Of a stretch of DNA of 64,000 nucleotides, positions 21,064 to 31,422 are shown piece by piece; the stretch's first letter is position 1; each line of letters opens with the position of its first letter. The notes below the pieces were generated by a model that was given only the letters and a program-made list of their open reading frames with translations, did no database searches and was not told where the DNA came from. The stretch is taken from the NCBI GenBank assembly GCA_963744145.1, contig CAVUSO010000001.1, positions 416,001 through 480,000 of the forward strand, read 5' to 3'. The position numbers and the translations under genes were made by a program. The stretch comes from an uncultured cyanobacterium. GTDB lineage: Bacteria; Cyanobacteriota; Cyanobacteriia; Cyanobacteriales; CAWUOF01.

Positions 21064-21151
21064 TTTTGTCCTTATCGTAAGATACCAGCTCTACTATTGC
21101 TCTATTTTTAGGGAGAAAGAGATTTTAGCTAAATTTCCGTTCCTAATAGAT

Positions 21152-21292
21152 TAGACAAGCAAGCAAAAGTCATGTTGATCAATTTATTGGACAATCAATT
21201 TATTGGACAGGCAAGATGCCTGTCCCACAACAACAAAAAACTTTTGTGGGACAGGCATCTTGCCTGTTCTAGTTATTTTTGCAAGAAGTCTA
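21152..21292. mobile_element. MITE-like element, second copy
   Basis: Collinear with 11542..11666. Confidence 0.75.
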
Positions 21293-21479
21293 GTAAAATA
21301 TTATCATCCCCATGTTTGTCAATCTCAAAACAATTAACGAATTTGCGCCATTTCAGCCAAGGAGCAATCAGGGTTTCATCCCTGGTTGACCAAAGAGGAA
21401 TAATATCAGTTTTAGTAAACCAGTTAGGTCAGGTGTCAGAAAAAAATTTATTGCTTACTTGATTTGTGAGCAGATATCC

Positions 21480-21872
21480 TCAATCTTTCATGTAAGCTTG
21501 ATTCATAGCTTGGACAAAATCTTGATGTTCTTGACTTGCTAATCCCTGTTGCAAAACCTCTAAAACTTTGGCTAAATTTCCCGTCAATAAAGCAGTTTTA
21601 TCTAACCACAATCCCGGAAATATCGCAGAAGAAATCGTGCCATTAGTGTTAGGTTCAATTTTAATATATTCTCCAGCATTTAATCTAAACCAATCAAATT
21701 CACGGTCATAAATTCGCCATACTAAATATTCTTGTACTCCATTGCGACGATAAACGTTGAGTTTTTGATGTAAATCTAAAGAGGCAGTAGAAGCAGCAAT
21801 TTCCACAATTAATTCAGGGGCACCTTCAACATAATCATCTTCACTAATGCAAGATTGTCCCCCCGTAATCAT
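21480..21872 (-). pseudogene. 5'-truncated Uma2 family gene
   Basis: DDYVEGAPELIVEIAAS, YRRNGVQEYLVW; N-terminal third missing. Confidence 0.8.
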
Positions 21873-21946
21873 GGTTTTTTGGGAAGCGATCGCTTATAAT
21901 TATAGCAAATTACTTACAATATGATCTGAACCTATCGACAACAACT

Positions 21947-22567
21947 ATGAAAATTACCCTTGATCTACCCCAAACTGAACTAGAAAAACTGATTGCTCCG
22001 GCGATCGCCCAATCGCGGATCTCCCTCTATAACATAACCTGGAAGCAATATGAACAATTGATCGAGCTATTCTCTGGACATCATAACCTGCACCTAATTT
22101 ATCTCCAAGGGGCTTTAGAAATCGTGACGCTTTCAGCAGAGCATGAAATGATCAAAACCATGATTGCAAGGCTTTTATATGTCTATGCTGATGCACTGAA
22201 TATTGATTTATTTAGCTGCGGTTCAGCTACCTGCAAATCAGCAGCAACTGAACGGGGTTTAGAACCAGATGAAAGCTTTTGCATCGGTCAGCGACAACAA
22301 TTTCCAGACTTAGCGATCGAGGTAATTGTTACCAGTGGAGGGATCGATAAGCTTGAAGTTTATCAAGGGTTACAAATTACCGAAGTTTGGTTTTATCAAA
22401 ATGAAAAATTTTCCCTCTATGGGATTAAGTCAGATCGCTCTGGTTACGAGGCGATCGCCCAAAGTCAATTCTTCCCAAATCTTAATTTAGAACTCATGGC
22501 AGAGTATATTCGTCCCGATCGCGAACCAGAAATGGTAAGAGCATGGCGCAAGGTGATCAATACTTAA
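21947..22567 (+). CDS. Uma2 family endonuclease
   Basis: ITWKQYEQL, GLEPDESF, PDLAIEVIVTSGGIDKL. Confidence 0.92.
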   Translation: MKITLDLPQTELEKLIAPAIAQSRISLYNITWKQYEQLIELFSGHHNLHLIYLQGALEIVTLSAEHEMIKTMIARLLYVYADALNIDLFSCGSATCKSAATERGLEPDESFCIGQRQQFPDLAIEVIVTSGGIDKLEVYQGLQITEVWFYQNEKFSLYGIKSDRSGYEAIAQSQFFPNLNLELMAEYIRPDREPEMVRAWRKVINT

Positions 22568-22592
22568 ACTAAAGAAAAAGCAGTGTAGATAA

Positions 22593-23189
22593 CTAGGTTT
22601 TTTGGGAGCGAATAGTAAGAATAAATTCCTTGATTGCCTGTGGTTGTGCTTGTGGTCTAATATACTTAGCCAACAATGGTAAGCTTAAATTTGGGAAAAA
22701 TTGGCTATGAGTAATTTCCTGATAGTCACCTTCGTTTAAACGGTAAAGTGTAATTTGATTATTCTGCCAAATCAAAACTTCTGAAATACCAAGTCCTTTA
22801 TAAACAGTTAGTTTATCTACTCCTCCCCTAGTTAAATTAACTTCGATCGCCAAATCTGGTAGTTCTTTGAGAGTGCCTACACAGTAGCACTCATCAGGTT
22901 CTATTCCTCGCGCTGTCGCTTGAAGTCGAAAAGTTGTTGATCCATAACCATGTAAAGGAATATCAACCTCCTCCGCATAACGTTCTAAAAGTCTCGCAAT
23001 CACTTTTTTGATCATTTCATGTTCAACAGAGGGCATAAAGATTTCTAGAGTTCCTTCCAGGTATATAAGCTGTAATCCAGGATAATCTCCTAGAGCTGTT
23101 AATATGCTTTCATACTGCTGCCAAGTTATGCTGGGTAAAACTACCCGTTGCTCTTCGAGGTTCGATGGTAGTTGAATTAAGGTGGTCAT
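22593..23189 (-). CDS. Uma2 family endonuclease
   Basis: ITWQQYESI, GIEPDECY, PDLAIEV. Confidence 0.92.
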   Translation of the reverse strand: MTTLIQLPSNLEEQRVVLPSITWQQYESILTALGDYPGLQLIYLEGTLEIFMPSVEHEMIKKVIARLLERYAEEVDIPLHGYGSTTFRLQATARGIEPDECYCVGTLKELPDLAIEVNLTRGGVDKLTVYKGLGISEVLIWQNNQITLYRLNEGDYQEITHSQFFPNLSLPLLAKYIRPQAQPQAIKEFILTIRSQKT

Positions 23190-23548
23190 AGAAAATATTG
23201 ACAAAATTATAGGCATTCTCCGATATTCTATCTAAAAACATATAAATAACTGTAGTAGATGTTTTAATCTGGTATCATCGCTCATGGGAAAAGTTGCGTG
23301 TGTAATCCAGCACCATCCCGCAGCAGGACGCAGGTATTGACCACGAGTCCAAGCTTTTTTCCTGTGCTTCTTGTTCCTGGTCACACTGGTAAATGATTCT
23401 CAAATATGCTTGCTGTCTAGGATTGAGAGTTTCCCACATTTCTCAATTCTTGAAATTATCAGTATATTTGGCTATTTTAGTGTGAACTAAGGTAAAATGG
23501 TTAACTAACTTAGTTTTTCTGAATATTTCTTGATCGGGAATTTTAGCC

Positions 23549-24109
23549 ATGCTTAAATCTAAAGACCAAATTAAAATAGCACAGCCAACAGAACGCTCTA
23601 TTGAGACTCTAATTAAATCTCTACCAGTTGGATGGATAGTAACAATTACTACGATCTACATTGTGATCGGTAGATCATTTTATTTCAATTTTCAATCATT
23701 GGCAACTTTCAATCTTCTGTTATCCAGTTTAGCTTTAGCAGGATTTTTTGCAGGAGTTGGAACTTGGGCTAGAACTTTGATTTTAAATCTAGTAAAAACT
23801 TTGATAGCTGCAACAGCACTAACAAGGGCGATCATGTTGGTATCTATTTATTATTTAATTGTTTCTCTATTTCTAGATCAATTACTGCCTTATACTTTTA
23901 TCACTAGATTTTTGTTTATTCCCTGGTATTTATATTTTGTGTTAGGATTGCTCTGGATAATTGCAGTAATTGCTACGAAACTCTTAGTAAAATTTAATCA
24001 AATATCTACTTTTTTGATATTATTAGGTTTTTCCCTGTTAGGTTTAGGATTAGCAAGATTAACGCTTTTCTTATTTCCTCATCCTGGTGTTCATCATTAT
24101 TACTATTAA
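23549..24109 (+). CDS. Hypothetical polytopic membrane protein
   Basis: About 5 hydrophobic segments in a 186-aa ORF. Confidence 0.65.
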   Translation: MLKSKDQIKIAQPTERSIETLIKSLPVGWIVTITTIYIVIGRSFYFNFQSLATFNLLLSSLALAGFFAGVGTWARTLILNLVKTLIAATALTRAIMLVSIYYLIVSLFLDQLLPYTFITRFLFIPWYLYFVLGLLWIIAVIATKLLVKFNQISTFLILLGFSLLGLGLARLTLFLFPHPGVHHYYY

Positions 24110-24565
24110 TAAATGCGGATAAGAGAGTGTAGCGATCACCTGTTCTGCAATATTTCAATTTCTATTACCAAGCCCACGATAGGATCTAAAATAGCGACTA
24201 ATATTTTTACACATAATTTTCGCAGTTGGTCAATGAGAGCGATCGCCATATTCCTGCATAGTTTCCAGTTCTCAATTGTAGGCTCAGAAATTTATTAATT
24301 TGGTGGCGATCGCGTACATTTTCCAAGCCCAAGTATTTTAAAAGTTATGAAATATTTCAAAAGTAGGGGCGCAAGAGTTCTTGCGTCCCTACAAAGATAC
24401 AGCAGTGATTTTGCAGTGTCCTGAGAATCGCTCTACTTTGTCTCAATCTTTATTGTTTAGGTGGCGATCGCGAATATCGACTACACCATGAGAACTCTTT
24501 GACAATCACTTCCCTTTTATCTATTATTAGTCTAAACTCCAGTAGATATCGAACTCAGGATAGCT

Positions 24566-25654
24566 ATGGATGCAATAGAAAAGGCTGGATCGCTCTTACT
24601 TCTGATTGGATTAGGAGTATTTCTACAGAAAAAAGTAACACATCCAGACTCTCTGATTGGAGTAAAATCAATTATTTTGAGTGTTGCATTGCCAGCAAGT
24701 ATATTTGTTGCTTTATTGAAAACCAAAATAGAGCCTTCTTTATTTTTTTTACCTCTATTAACCTTGGTATTTAATATCCTTTTGATGAAAGTAAGTGAAT
24801 TAACATTGCCTTTCATTGGTGTAGAGCGCAATGGACCGACAATGCGGACTTTGCTGATGCTGTTGCCTTCTTTAGCTCCAGGATTATCTAGTTTTCCATT
24901 TATTTTAGAATACTTAGGCGAGGATATGCTAGCCAGAGCTGCGTTGGCGGATGTTGGCAATAAGGTTTTTGGTTTGATCGTACTTTATTTGTTGGCGATG
25001 AACTGGTACTACCAACTTCATGGACAACAGCAAAAAACAACTTCTATCCCCCAAAACTTGAAACGCTTACTGAAATCACTTGTTCAAGAGCCAGTCAATA
25101 TATTGATGCTCCTGGCTTTGGGGATGTTGTTCATGGGATGGAACAAAACCAATTTGCCATTATTTTTGACAGATACTTTGGATAAGCTCAATGCACTAAT
25201 GACGCCCTTGGTGTTACTGTTTATTGGGATGACGGCTAAATTCAAACAGCAAGAAATATTTATAGTGGTGAAGTTGTTGACTTTTCGTTCTGGGTTGGCA
25301 TTCTGTTGGAGTGCCTTGATAATGAGTATTTTTCCAATGACAACTATAGGTTCGGTTTTGCTAATTGTAGCACTACCTCAAAGCTCTTGTAGTTTTTGGC
25401 CTTTTGCACATATGTCTATGATCCAAGAAATGGAAGATGAACAACCTTTAGAAAACCGAAAAACCACCTTTTATTTGCCTTTTGCGATTAATCTTTTGGC
25501 CATTTCCTTACCTTTCTCTACTATAATTACTCTAGCGGTGTGTTCAAGTGGCAATTTTTTTGCCCATACCGTCTATGTCTGGATGCTCGGTATATTGATG
25601 CTTTTGGCTACTGCTTTGTTGGAATGGTGTTGCTCTATGACACCTAAATCTTGA
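24566..25654 (+). CDS. AEC-like permease
   Basis: About 10 TM segments; VALPASIFVAL, ALADVGNK, TPLVLLFIG. Confidence 0.75.
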   Translation: MDAIEKAGSLLLLIGLGVFLQKKVTHPDSLIGVKSIILSVALPASIFVALLKTKIEPSLFFLPLLTLVFNILLMKVSELTLPFIGVERNGPTMRTLLMLLPSLAPGLSSFPFILEYLGEDMLARAALADVGNKVFGLIVLYLLAMNWYYQLHGQQQKTTSIPQNLKRLLKSLVQEPVNILMLLALGMLFMGWNKTNLPLFLTDTLDKLNALMTPLVLLFIGMTAKFKQQEIFIVVKLLTFRSGLAFCWSALIMSIFPMTTIGSVLLIVALPQSSCSFWPFAHMSMIQEMEDEQPLENRKTTFYLPFAINLLAISLPFSTIITLAVCSSGNFFAHTVYVWMLGILMLLATALLEWCCSMTPKS

Positions 25655-26008
25655 GACTTTTATTCTGGTAGCGATCGCACCCATTAACCCAAGTCCAAGC
25701 ATTGAAACCGTTCTGCAAAAGCTAGTGTGGCGGTTAAGGTGTAGCGGTGATTTTGCCAGATTTGAGCGATCGCTGTTTTGGATAATAAAACTTTTCCGAT
25801 AAATATACGGCGGGCAATTAATTGAATCCGTTTTGATAAATTCTTCTTATGTTGGTGGCGATCGCACTTGGGACCGCATCAAAATTTCCTTGGTATTTTA
25901 CTAACGATCGACAAGAAATCAGAACTCAAAAGAAAACTACCCCAAAACCTATTTGGGGTAATTAAAAGGGTACATTTGGGCTTCAACTAATGCTATGGAT
26001 TGCTAACT

Positions 26009-26176
26009 CTAGCTAATGCCAATTGAGAACAAAATCAATCCGGTGATCGCCAAGATAAAGATTCCACCTTGCAGTAAATAACGTTGTTGTTGTTCTGGTG
26101 AAGGGTATTGGGCGTAATAAACAGGTGGTTCGCTAGCGTAGTTGTTTAATTGGCCTTCGTTGTTAATAGTTTTCAT
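26009..26176 (-). CDS. psb34: Ssl1498/Psb34 family small photosystem II-associated protein (55 aa, absent from the ORF track)
   Basis: Manual translation MKTINNEGQLNNYASEPPVYYAQYPSPEQQQRYLLQGGIFILAITGLILFSIGIS. Confidence 0.88.
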   Translation of the reverse strand: MKTINNEGQLNNYASEPPVYYAQYPSPEQQQRYLLQGGIFILAITGLILFSIGIS

Positions 26177-26201
26177 GGGGTTTGTCCTTACCTTGTTAAC
26201 T

Positions 26202-26219
26202 TATGTAAATAAATGTAAC
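26202..26219 (-). promoter_or_regulatory. HLR1 (RpaB) site upstream of psb34
   Basis: Minus strand GTTACATT-TA-TTTACATA matches (G/T)TTACA(T/A)(T/A)-N2-repeat. Confidence 0.8.
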
Positions 26220-26468
26220 GTTTTCTTTATAGTCTGTCAATAGTTATGGGGCATTTATCTCATCAGTATTCTTTGTAGGACTGATAGGTTTAATTGATTG
26301 GGGAATAATTAGGGATTTATGGGATTGCGATCGCATCCATCCCAGATATCAAAATCCGCCGCGACTGAATTGGTGGCGATCGCCAATTATCCCCAAGTCC
26401 CGGTGATGCAGATTGAACCGCAAAATCCTTGTCCGGGCTCGGTGGTATGGTGCGATCGCTTGCAAAGA

Positions 26469-27041
26469 TTAAGGGTTTAATAATTGGAAAGAGTCTAGAA
26501 AACCTTGGGTACTAACGGAAAGACTGCTTATCATATCATCAGAAATACGAGTTGTTATAACATAAATTTTGTTTTTTACAAAATAAGCTCTGTCTTTAAT
26601 AGAATATGGGGTATTATCTATATTTACTTTTATTTGAAACTCCTCACCGGAGTAATTATTGAAAATAATATCTTTTTCAGAGATTAATTGTGCATGAGAC
26701 TCTGATACCTTTTCAGTAAAAAATTGTTTTAAAATATCAATCTGCTCTTCTTTATTAGGTACACTGTTGAAATCGACAACAGATATTACATAATAAGCCT
26801 TATTATATTGATTGGTAAAAAAAGATATAGAATTAAGTTTTTTACCATTAATCATCACAACAGATTCGTTACTGATTAGAGGTTTTCCAGGCATTAATAT
26901 GCTAAACCCATATTCTTCAGAAGTAAATTTACTCCATACTGATTGAGCTATCAGATATGGTTTTTCTGCCATGACGGGTTTAATTCCATAGCCAGTTAAT
27001 AGTAAACTTATGGTTAAGATTGATGGGATTATTTTCTGCAT
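26469..27041 (-). CDS. Secreted hypothetical protein (PsbP/DcrB-like pattern possible)
   Basis: Signal peptide; WSKFTSEEYGFSILMPGKP...FLDSFQL. Confidence 0.65.
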   Translation of the reverse strand: MQKIIPSILTISLLLTGYGIKPVMAEKPYLIAQSVWSKFTSEEYGFSILMPGKPLISNESVVMINGKKLNSISFFTNQYNKAYYVISVVDFNSVPNKEEQIDILKQFFTEKVSESHAQLISEKDIIFNNYSGEEFQIKVNIDNTPYSIKDRAYFVKNKIYVITTRISDDMISSLSVSTQGFLDSFQLLNP

Positions 27042-27173
27042 ATTTTTATCCTCTTTTTTGGCCAATATGTTATCATTTAGACTTTCTAGCTGTCTGTGTT
27101 TTAGATCACTTGCTATTTTTCTAAATATTGTCCCCTATTTATTTGATTAGTGCGATCGCCAACCCCCAACCTC

Positions 27174-27205
27174 CCAATAAAAAAGCCCCACCATTACAGT
27201 GAGGC
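27174..27205 (-). terminator. Intrinsic terminator
   Basis: Minus strand GCCTCAC-loop-GTGGGGC followed by T6; near-copy at 27892..27922. Confidence 0.75.
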
Positions 27206-27249
27206 AAATTAGCGAGGATGATAATAGGAGACCCTAAATATTTACTGGT

Positions 27250-27702
27250 TTAGTTCGATTGACCCGAATGAGCATTAGGGTGATTTTGAAGCCATTGAGC
27301 GCGATCGGCTTGAAGTTGTTGTAGTTGAGTAGGTGTTAAGATTGCCTCAAATTGGGATTTAGCACTTGCGCGAATTTGTTTAAGTTGTGCTTTTTGGTCA
27401 GCACTAAGAGTTACATTAGGCTTGGTATGGTTGGCTCTTGCTGCTTTAAATTGAGCTTTTTGATCAGCAGTGAAGACAGCAGACATTTGTTGACGAGTAG
27501 ATTCACGAATTTGTTTAGCTTGGGCTTTTTGAGCATCAGTCAAGTTGAGATTTTTAAATCCTTCACCCCGTTTTCCATGTCCACCATGTTCTGTTGTTTG
27601 AGTTGAAGCTGCAAGAGCAGGACTAAAGGAAGCGATTACGGTCGAAGCAGCAAGAGTTAGAGCGATTAGACCAGGTAATAAGAAAGATGCTTTGAGTTTC
27701 AT
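27250..27702 (-). CDS. Spy/CpxP family periplasmic protein
   Basis: Signal peptide; LNLTDAQKAQ, LSADQKAQ, ILTPTQ (LTxxQ repeats). Confidence 0.88.
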   Translation of the reverse strand: MKLKASFLLPGLIALTLAASTVIASFSPALAASTQTTEHGGHGKRGEGFKNLNLTDAQKAQAKQIRESTRQQMSAVFTADQKAQFKAARANHTKPNVTLSADQKAQLKQIRASAKSQFEAILTPTQLQQLQADRAQWLQNHPNAHSGQSN

Positions 27703-27891
27703 AGTTGAGAAATTTCTGAGAAAGTTTTGATAGTGTTTTAGAGTAAGAGTAGTTTCGAGTTAGCTCTTTTTCTTCATGTTTACAGAATAGCTATTTAAAA
27801 CTTGTTCTCATAGTCTCTAAAGTAATGAGCTAAGGGATGATAAAAGTTACAGGTGCTTTTTCTGGGGCTAAATATAGATTATCTTTAAATT

Positions 27892-27922
27892 CCAATAAAA
27901 AACCCCACCATTATGGTGAGGT
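27892..27922 (-). terminator. Intrinsic terminator
   Basis: Minus strand ACCTCACCA-TAA-TGGTGGGGT followed by T-run. Confidence 0.75.
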
Positions 27923-28045
27923 ATTTAATCAGGGTGCATTGAATATGAATTAAGAAAATCTGAGAGAAAATAGTTACTGCAATTGTTATTCGTCTAGTTG
28001 GGGTGTGTTTGTTTGCTGAATATTTAGGTTGATTACTTGAATAAT

Positions 28046-28516
28046 TTAGTGATTATTGTTATACCCATTATTGTTATAACCATTGGTGGTGGTTGTGGTA
28101 TTAGAATGTTGTTGCCAATTGTTGGTAGAAGTAGTAGTGGTTGGATTAGTGGTGTTAGAAGTAGTGGTATTAGGATTAGTGGTTTGTGCGTGGTATTGGT
28201 TATATCCGTTGGTATTAGAATTAGTTGATGCTTGCGCGTGGTATTGGTTTTGTGTATGTTGTGCTGTTGCTTGGCGTTGTGCTTCTATTCTGCGTTGTTC
28301 AGCTTGACGTTGTGCTTGTAATCTTTGTTGTTCAGCTTGACGTTGAGCTTCTATTCTGCGTTGTTCAGCTTGATGTTGAGCTTGGATTTTTTGTGCTTGT
28401 TGTTGACTATAACTATTATTATTTTGATAGTAGCTATCGGCACGAGCGGGAATTGCAATTCCTCCTAACATTAAGCTGACGATACCGACTAGAGCTAAAG
28501 ATTTATTGAGACGCAT
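28046..28516 (-). CDS. Secreted low-complexity Gln/Asn/Thr-rich protein with 11-aa repeats
   Basis: Signal peptide ending PARA; AQRQAEQRRIE repeats; N/T-rich tail. Confidence 0.75.
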   Translation of the reverse strand: MRLNKSLALVGIVSLMLGGIAIPARADSYYQNNNSYSQQQAQKIQAQHQAEQRRIEAQRQAEQQRLQAQRQAEQRRIEAQRQATAQHTQNQYHAQASTNSNTNGYNQYHAQTTNPNTTTSNTTNPTTTTSTNNWQQHSNTTTTTNGYNNNGYNNNH

Positions 28517-28755
28517 ATTTTTGACTTCCTTTTTTGCTTGTGTTTTTGTTTGCTGTTTTCTATCTGTTAACAGCTTATGTCTTTTATTCTCTCAGCAATA
28601 GTCTAGAAAGTAATGAGTTGTAGGATGCTGATAGTTACTGTCTTTCCCATGACTAATTGCACAGACCCGATCCCTGAAGCTGTAATGCTTTAGTCTGTCG
28701 CGAGCGCCTGTGGATATGTTCATCGCTAGTTAGTACAGAGCCCAGTATCCAGTAG

Positions 28756-28926
28756 GGATTGCTGGTGATGGCGAGCGATTGTAATGAGTCGCTGGTGATG
28801 ATTGCTGGTAATGGCGATCGCCTGTGCTAATGTCCCATCTTTGGATTGCTGGTGGTGGTGATCGCTTGTAATGTCCAGTCGTTGGTGATGATTACTGGTA
28901 ATGGCGATCGCTGTCTATGTCCCACC
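28756..28926. repeat. Two degenerate ~87-bp tandem units built from GATTGCTGGTRATGGCGATCGC subunits
   Basis: Direct alignment of 28756..28842 with 28843..28926. Confidence 0.75.
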
Positions 28927-29003
28927 AGAATCTTGAGAAATTAACTGGGGTGATGCGATCGCGTTAATCCTTGAAAAGTAGATTTGCGATCGCCCAATGC
29001 AGT

Positions 29004-29966
29004 TTAGAAGTGGCAGATAGATGCTGGTTTGACTGGGCAAGTTTTATTTGTCAACTTTGGATTGTCTCTAAGGTCGAGTGAAGTAAGATTAATAAGGCCA
29101 GACAAAGGTTGCAAATTACTGATTTGATTGTGGTTGAAGCCCAGTCTAGTTAGCTTAGTAAGCACTGATAGGGGTTGTAGGTTACTGATTTGATTTCCAT
29201 TGAGGTAGAGTTCAGTCAGATTCATGAGGATAGACAAGGGTTGTAGGTTGCTAATTTGATTTCTACTGAGGTAGAGTGTTTCTAGATTAGTAAGACCAGA
29301 CAAAGATTGCAGGTTACTGATTTGATTATTGTTGAGGTAGAGTCCAGTCAGATTAGTAAGGCTAGACAAGGGTTGCACATCGCTGATTTGATCGCTGCTG
29401 AGGTAGAGTAAAGTTAACTTAGTAAGACCAGACAAGGGTTGCAGGTTGCTGATTTTATTGCTGTCGAGGTTGAGACTGCTTAGATTAGTAAGGCCAGATA
29501 AGGGTTGCAGATTGCTGATTTTATTGTGAAAGATGATGATCTCTTTCAGATTAGTAAGGCCAGACAAGGGTTGCAAGTTGCTGATTTGATTGTCGCTGAG
29601 ATCGAGATTCCTTAGATTAGTAAGGCCAGCTAAGGGTTGCAAGTTGCTGATTTGATTACCTTCGAGAATGAGTGAAATCAGGTTAGTGAGACTGGACAAA
29701 GGTTGTAGGTTGCTGATTTGATTCTCGTAGAGAGCGAGTACAGTGAGAGTATAGAGCTTCTGGTTCGCTTGTTGACAGTTTTGAGTCCCAACCTTTGTTA
29801 ACAATACTTCAACTGTATGCTTTGCATCAGCAGGAAGAGTTGCTTTATTGACACACCAATCAACAAATTTACTATAAATTTGTGCTGGTTGTGCATGACT
29901 GGGAAGAGACAGCACAGACAGTAAAATAGCTCCAACTAACCCTGTACTTACAAAACTAATTTTCAT
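29004..29966 (-). CDS. Secreted internalin-like leucine-rich repeat protein
   Basis: Signal peptide; 22-aa NQISNLQPLSGLTNL repeats; Cys-containing caps. Confidence 0.93.
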   Translation of the reverse strand: MKISFVSTGLVGAILLSVLSLPSHAQPAQIYSKFVDWCVNKATLPADAKHTVEVLLTKVGTQNCQQANQKLYTLTVLALYENQISNLQPLSSLTNLISLILEGNQISNLQPLAGLTNLRNLDLSDNQISNLQPLSGLTNLKEIIIFHNKISNLQPLSGLTNLSSLNLDSNKISNLQPLSGLTKLTLLYLSSDQISDVQPLSSLTNLTGLYLNNNQISNLQSLSGLTNLETLYLSRNQISNLQPLSILMNLTELYLNGNQISNLQPLSVLTKLTRLGFNHNQISNLQPLSGLINLTSLDLRDNPKLTNKTCPVKPASICHF

Positions 29967-30309
29967 AAAATCCCATCTGTAAAATTCAGTTTCAGTATAA
30001 TCAGCTTGAACTAAAAAAGATTGAGACGCTTAGATCAAAGAATTTGGTCTCAGCCATGACTGGCGATCACTCCCAAGCTCAACTTATTTAACATCCCAGG
30101 TTTTCAGATTAGCTGCGATCGCTCTAATTTTAATCGGTGAGGATTCTAAACAGACATCCTGTAAAAGCATTAGTCTATAAGTATTTCAAGGATTTTGAGT
30201 ATAAAATGATAACCCGTGAAACTGGCTTTTTTCGTAATTGGACTATGCAGATCCAGAAAAAATTAGGGAAAATAGGTTAGTTTGTTTAGTCTGTTTGGGA
30301 GATGGATTT

Positions 30310-31422
30310 ATGCGGTTATTGAATTTTATAGGGGTTGGGAGTGCGATCGCTCTAATATTGGGGTCTAGTTTATTGCCAGTAGCAGCCCAAGAAGCAACCA
30401 ATAACCATAAAACCTTTGCAGATTGGTGTAAAAATAAAGAAAGTTTGGAAGCTCCAGCTAAACATACCGTTGAAGTATTGTTGAATTATGCCAAAACAAA
30501 TGATTGTGATCAAGCTAATCAAACTCTTTCAAATCAAACAAACCTAGACCTATCCCGAAAACAAATCAGCAATATCAAACCATTACAATCTTTGACTAAT
30601 CTTAAAAATCTGTCGCTGATGCTCAATCAAATTAATGATATCACACCATTACAATTTTTAACTAATCTTCAAAAACTTTACATTGCGGATAATCAAATTA
30701 GTGATTTAAAGCCATTAGAATCTTTAACTAATCTCCAAGTTCTTAATTTTAGTTTTAATCGGTCAAATAAAATTACTGATCTAACCCCATTAAAAGCTTT
30801 GACTAATCTTCAATATCTTGACCTCATGTCGAATAAAATTAGTGATCTAACCCCATTACAATTTTTGATTAATCTTCAATATCTTGATCTTATTTCTAAT
30901 CAGATTAGTGATCTAACCCCATTAAAAGCTTTGACTAATCTTCAATATCTCTTTCTTGGCTCGAATCAAATCAGAGACCTAACACCGCTACAATCTTTGA
31001 TTAATCTTCAATATCTTGATTTTCATACTAATCAAATTACAGATCTAACCCCATTACAATCCTTGACTAATCTGAAAACGCTTGACCTTAATTCTAATCA
31101 AATTACAGATATAATGCCATTACAATCCTTGATTAAACTTGATAGTCTAACTATTAAAAATAATCAAATTATTGATCTAACCCCATTACAATTTTTAACT
31201 AATCTTAAATTTCTTGCTCTTAAATCAAATAAAATTAGCAATATTACTTCATTACAATCATTAACTAATTTAGATATACTTGACATCAGTTCTAATCAAG
31301 TTATTGATATCAAAGTTCTACAATCATTAATTAATCTTTCTGAACTAAAGCTCTACAATAATCCAATTCCTAATAAAATTTGTCCGGTTAAACCAGAGTA
31401 TATTTGTGCATGGGACAAATAA
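30310..31422 (+). CDS. Secreted internalin-like leucine-rich repeat protein
   Basis: Signal peptide from MRLLNF; NQISDLTPLQSLTNL repeats; same caps as the neighbour. Confidence 0.92.
   Translation: MRLLNFIGVGSAIALILGSSLLPVAAQEATNNHKTFADWCKNKESLEAPAKHTVEVLLNYAKTNDCDQANQTLSNQTNLDLSRKQISNIKPLQSLTNLKNLSLMLNQINDITPLQFLTNLQKLYIADNQISDLKPLESLTNLQVLNFSFNRSNKITDLTPLKALTNLQYLDLMSNKISDLTPLQFLINLQYLDLISNQISDLTPLKALTNLQYLFLGSNQIRDLTPLQSLINLQYLDFHTNQITDLTPLQSLTNLKTLDLNSNQITDIMPLQSLIKLDSLTIKNNQIIDLTPLQFLTNLKFLALKSNKISNITSLQSLTNLDILDISSNQVIDIKVLQSLINLSELKLYNNPIPNKICPVKPEYICAWDK

Noticed and set aside
21172..21462. 96-aa ORF
   Set aside because: Largely a translation of a MITE-like repeat.
23230..23420. GC-richer patch that might be a small gene or RNA
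   Set aside because: No start/RBS, motif or stable structure I could support.
27168..27190. AACCTCCCAATAAAAAAG as a template repeat for the GUN4 tail
   Set aside because: The adenine-only mismatch pattern breaks after about 17 nt, and the sequence is part of a terminator.
28037..28479. Plus-strand Val/Cys-rich ORFs
   Set aside because: Antisense shadows of the low-complexity secreted gene.
28756..28926. Possible degenerate CRISPR array
   Set aside because: The intervening sequences repeat in alternation and the subunits are not palindromic apart from HIP1.
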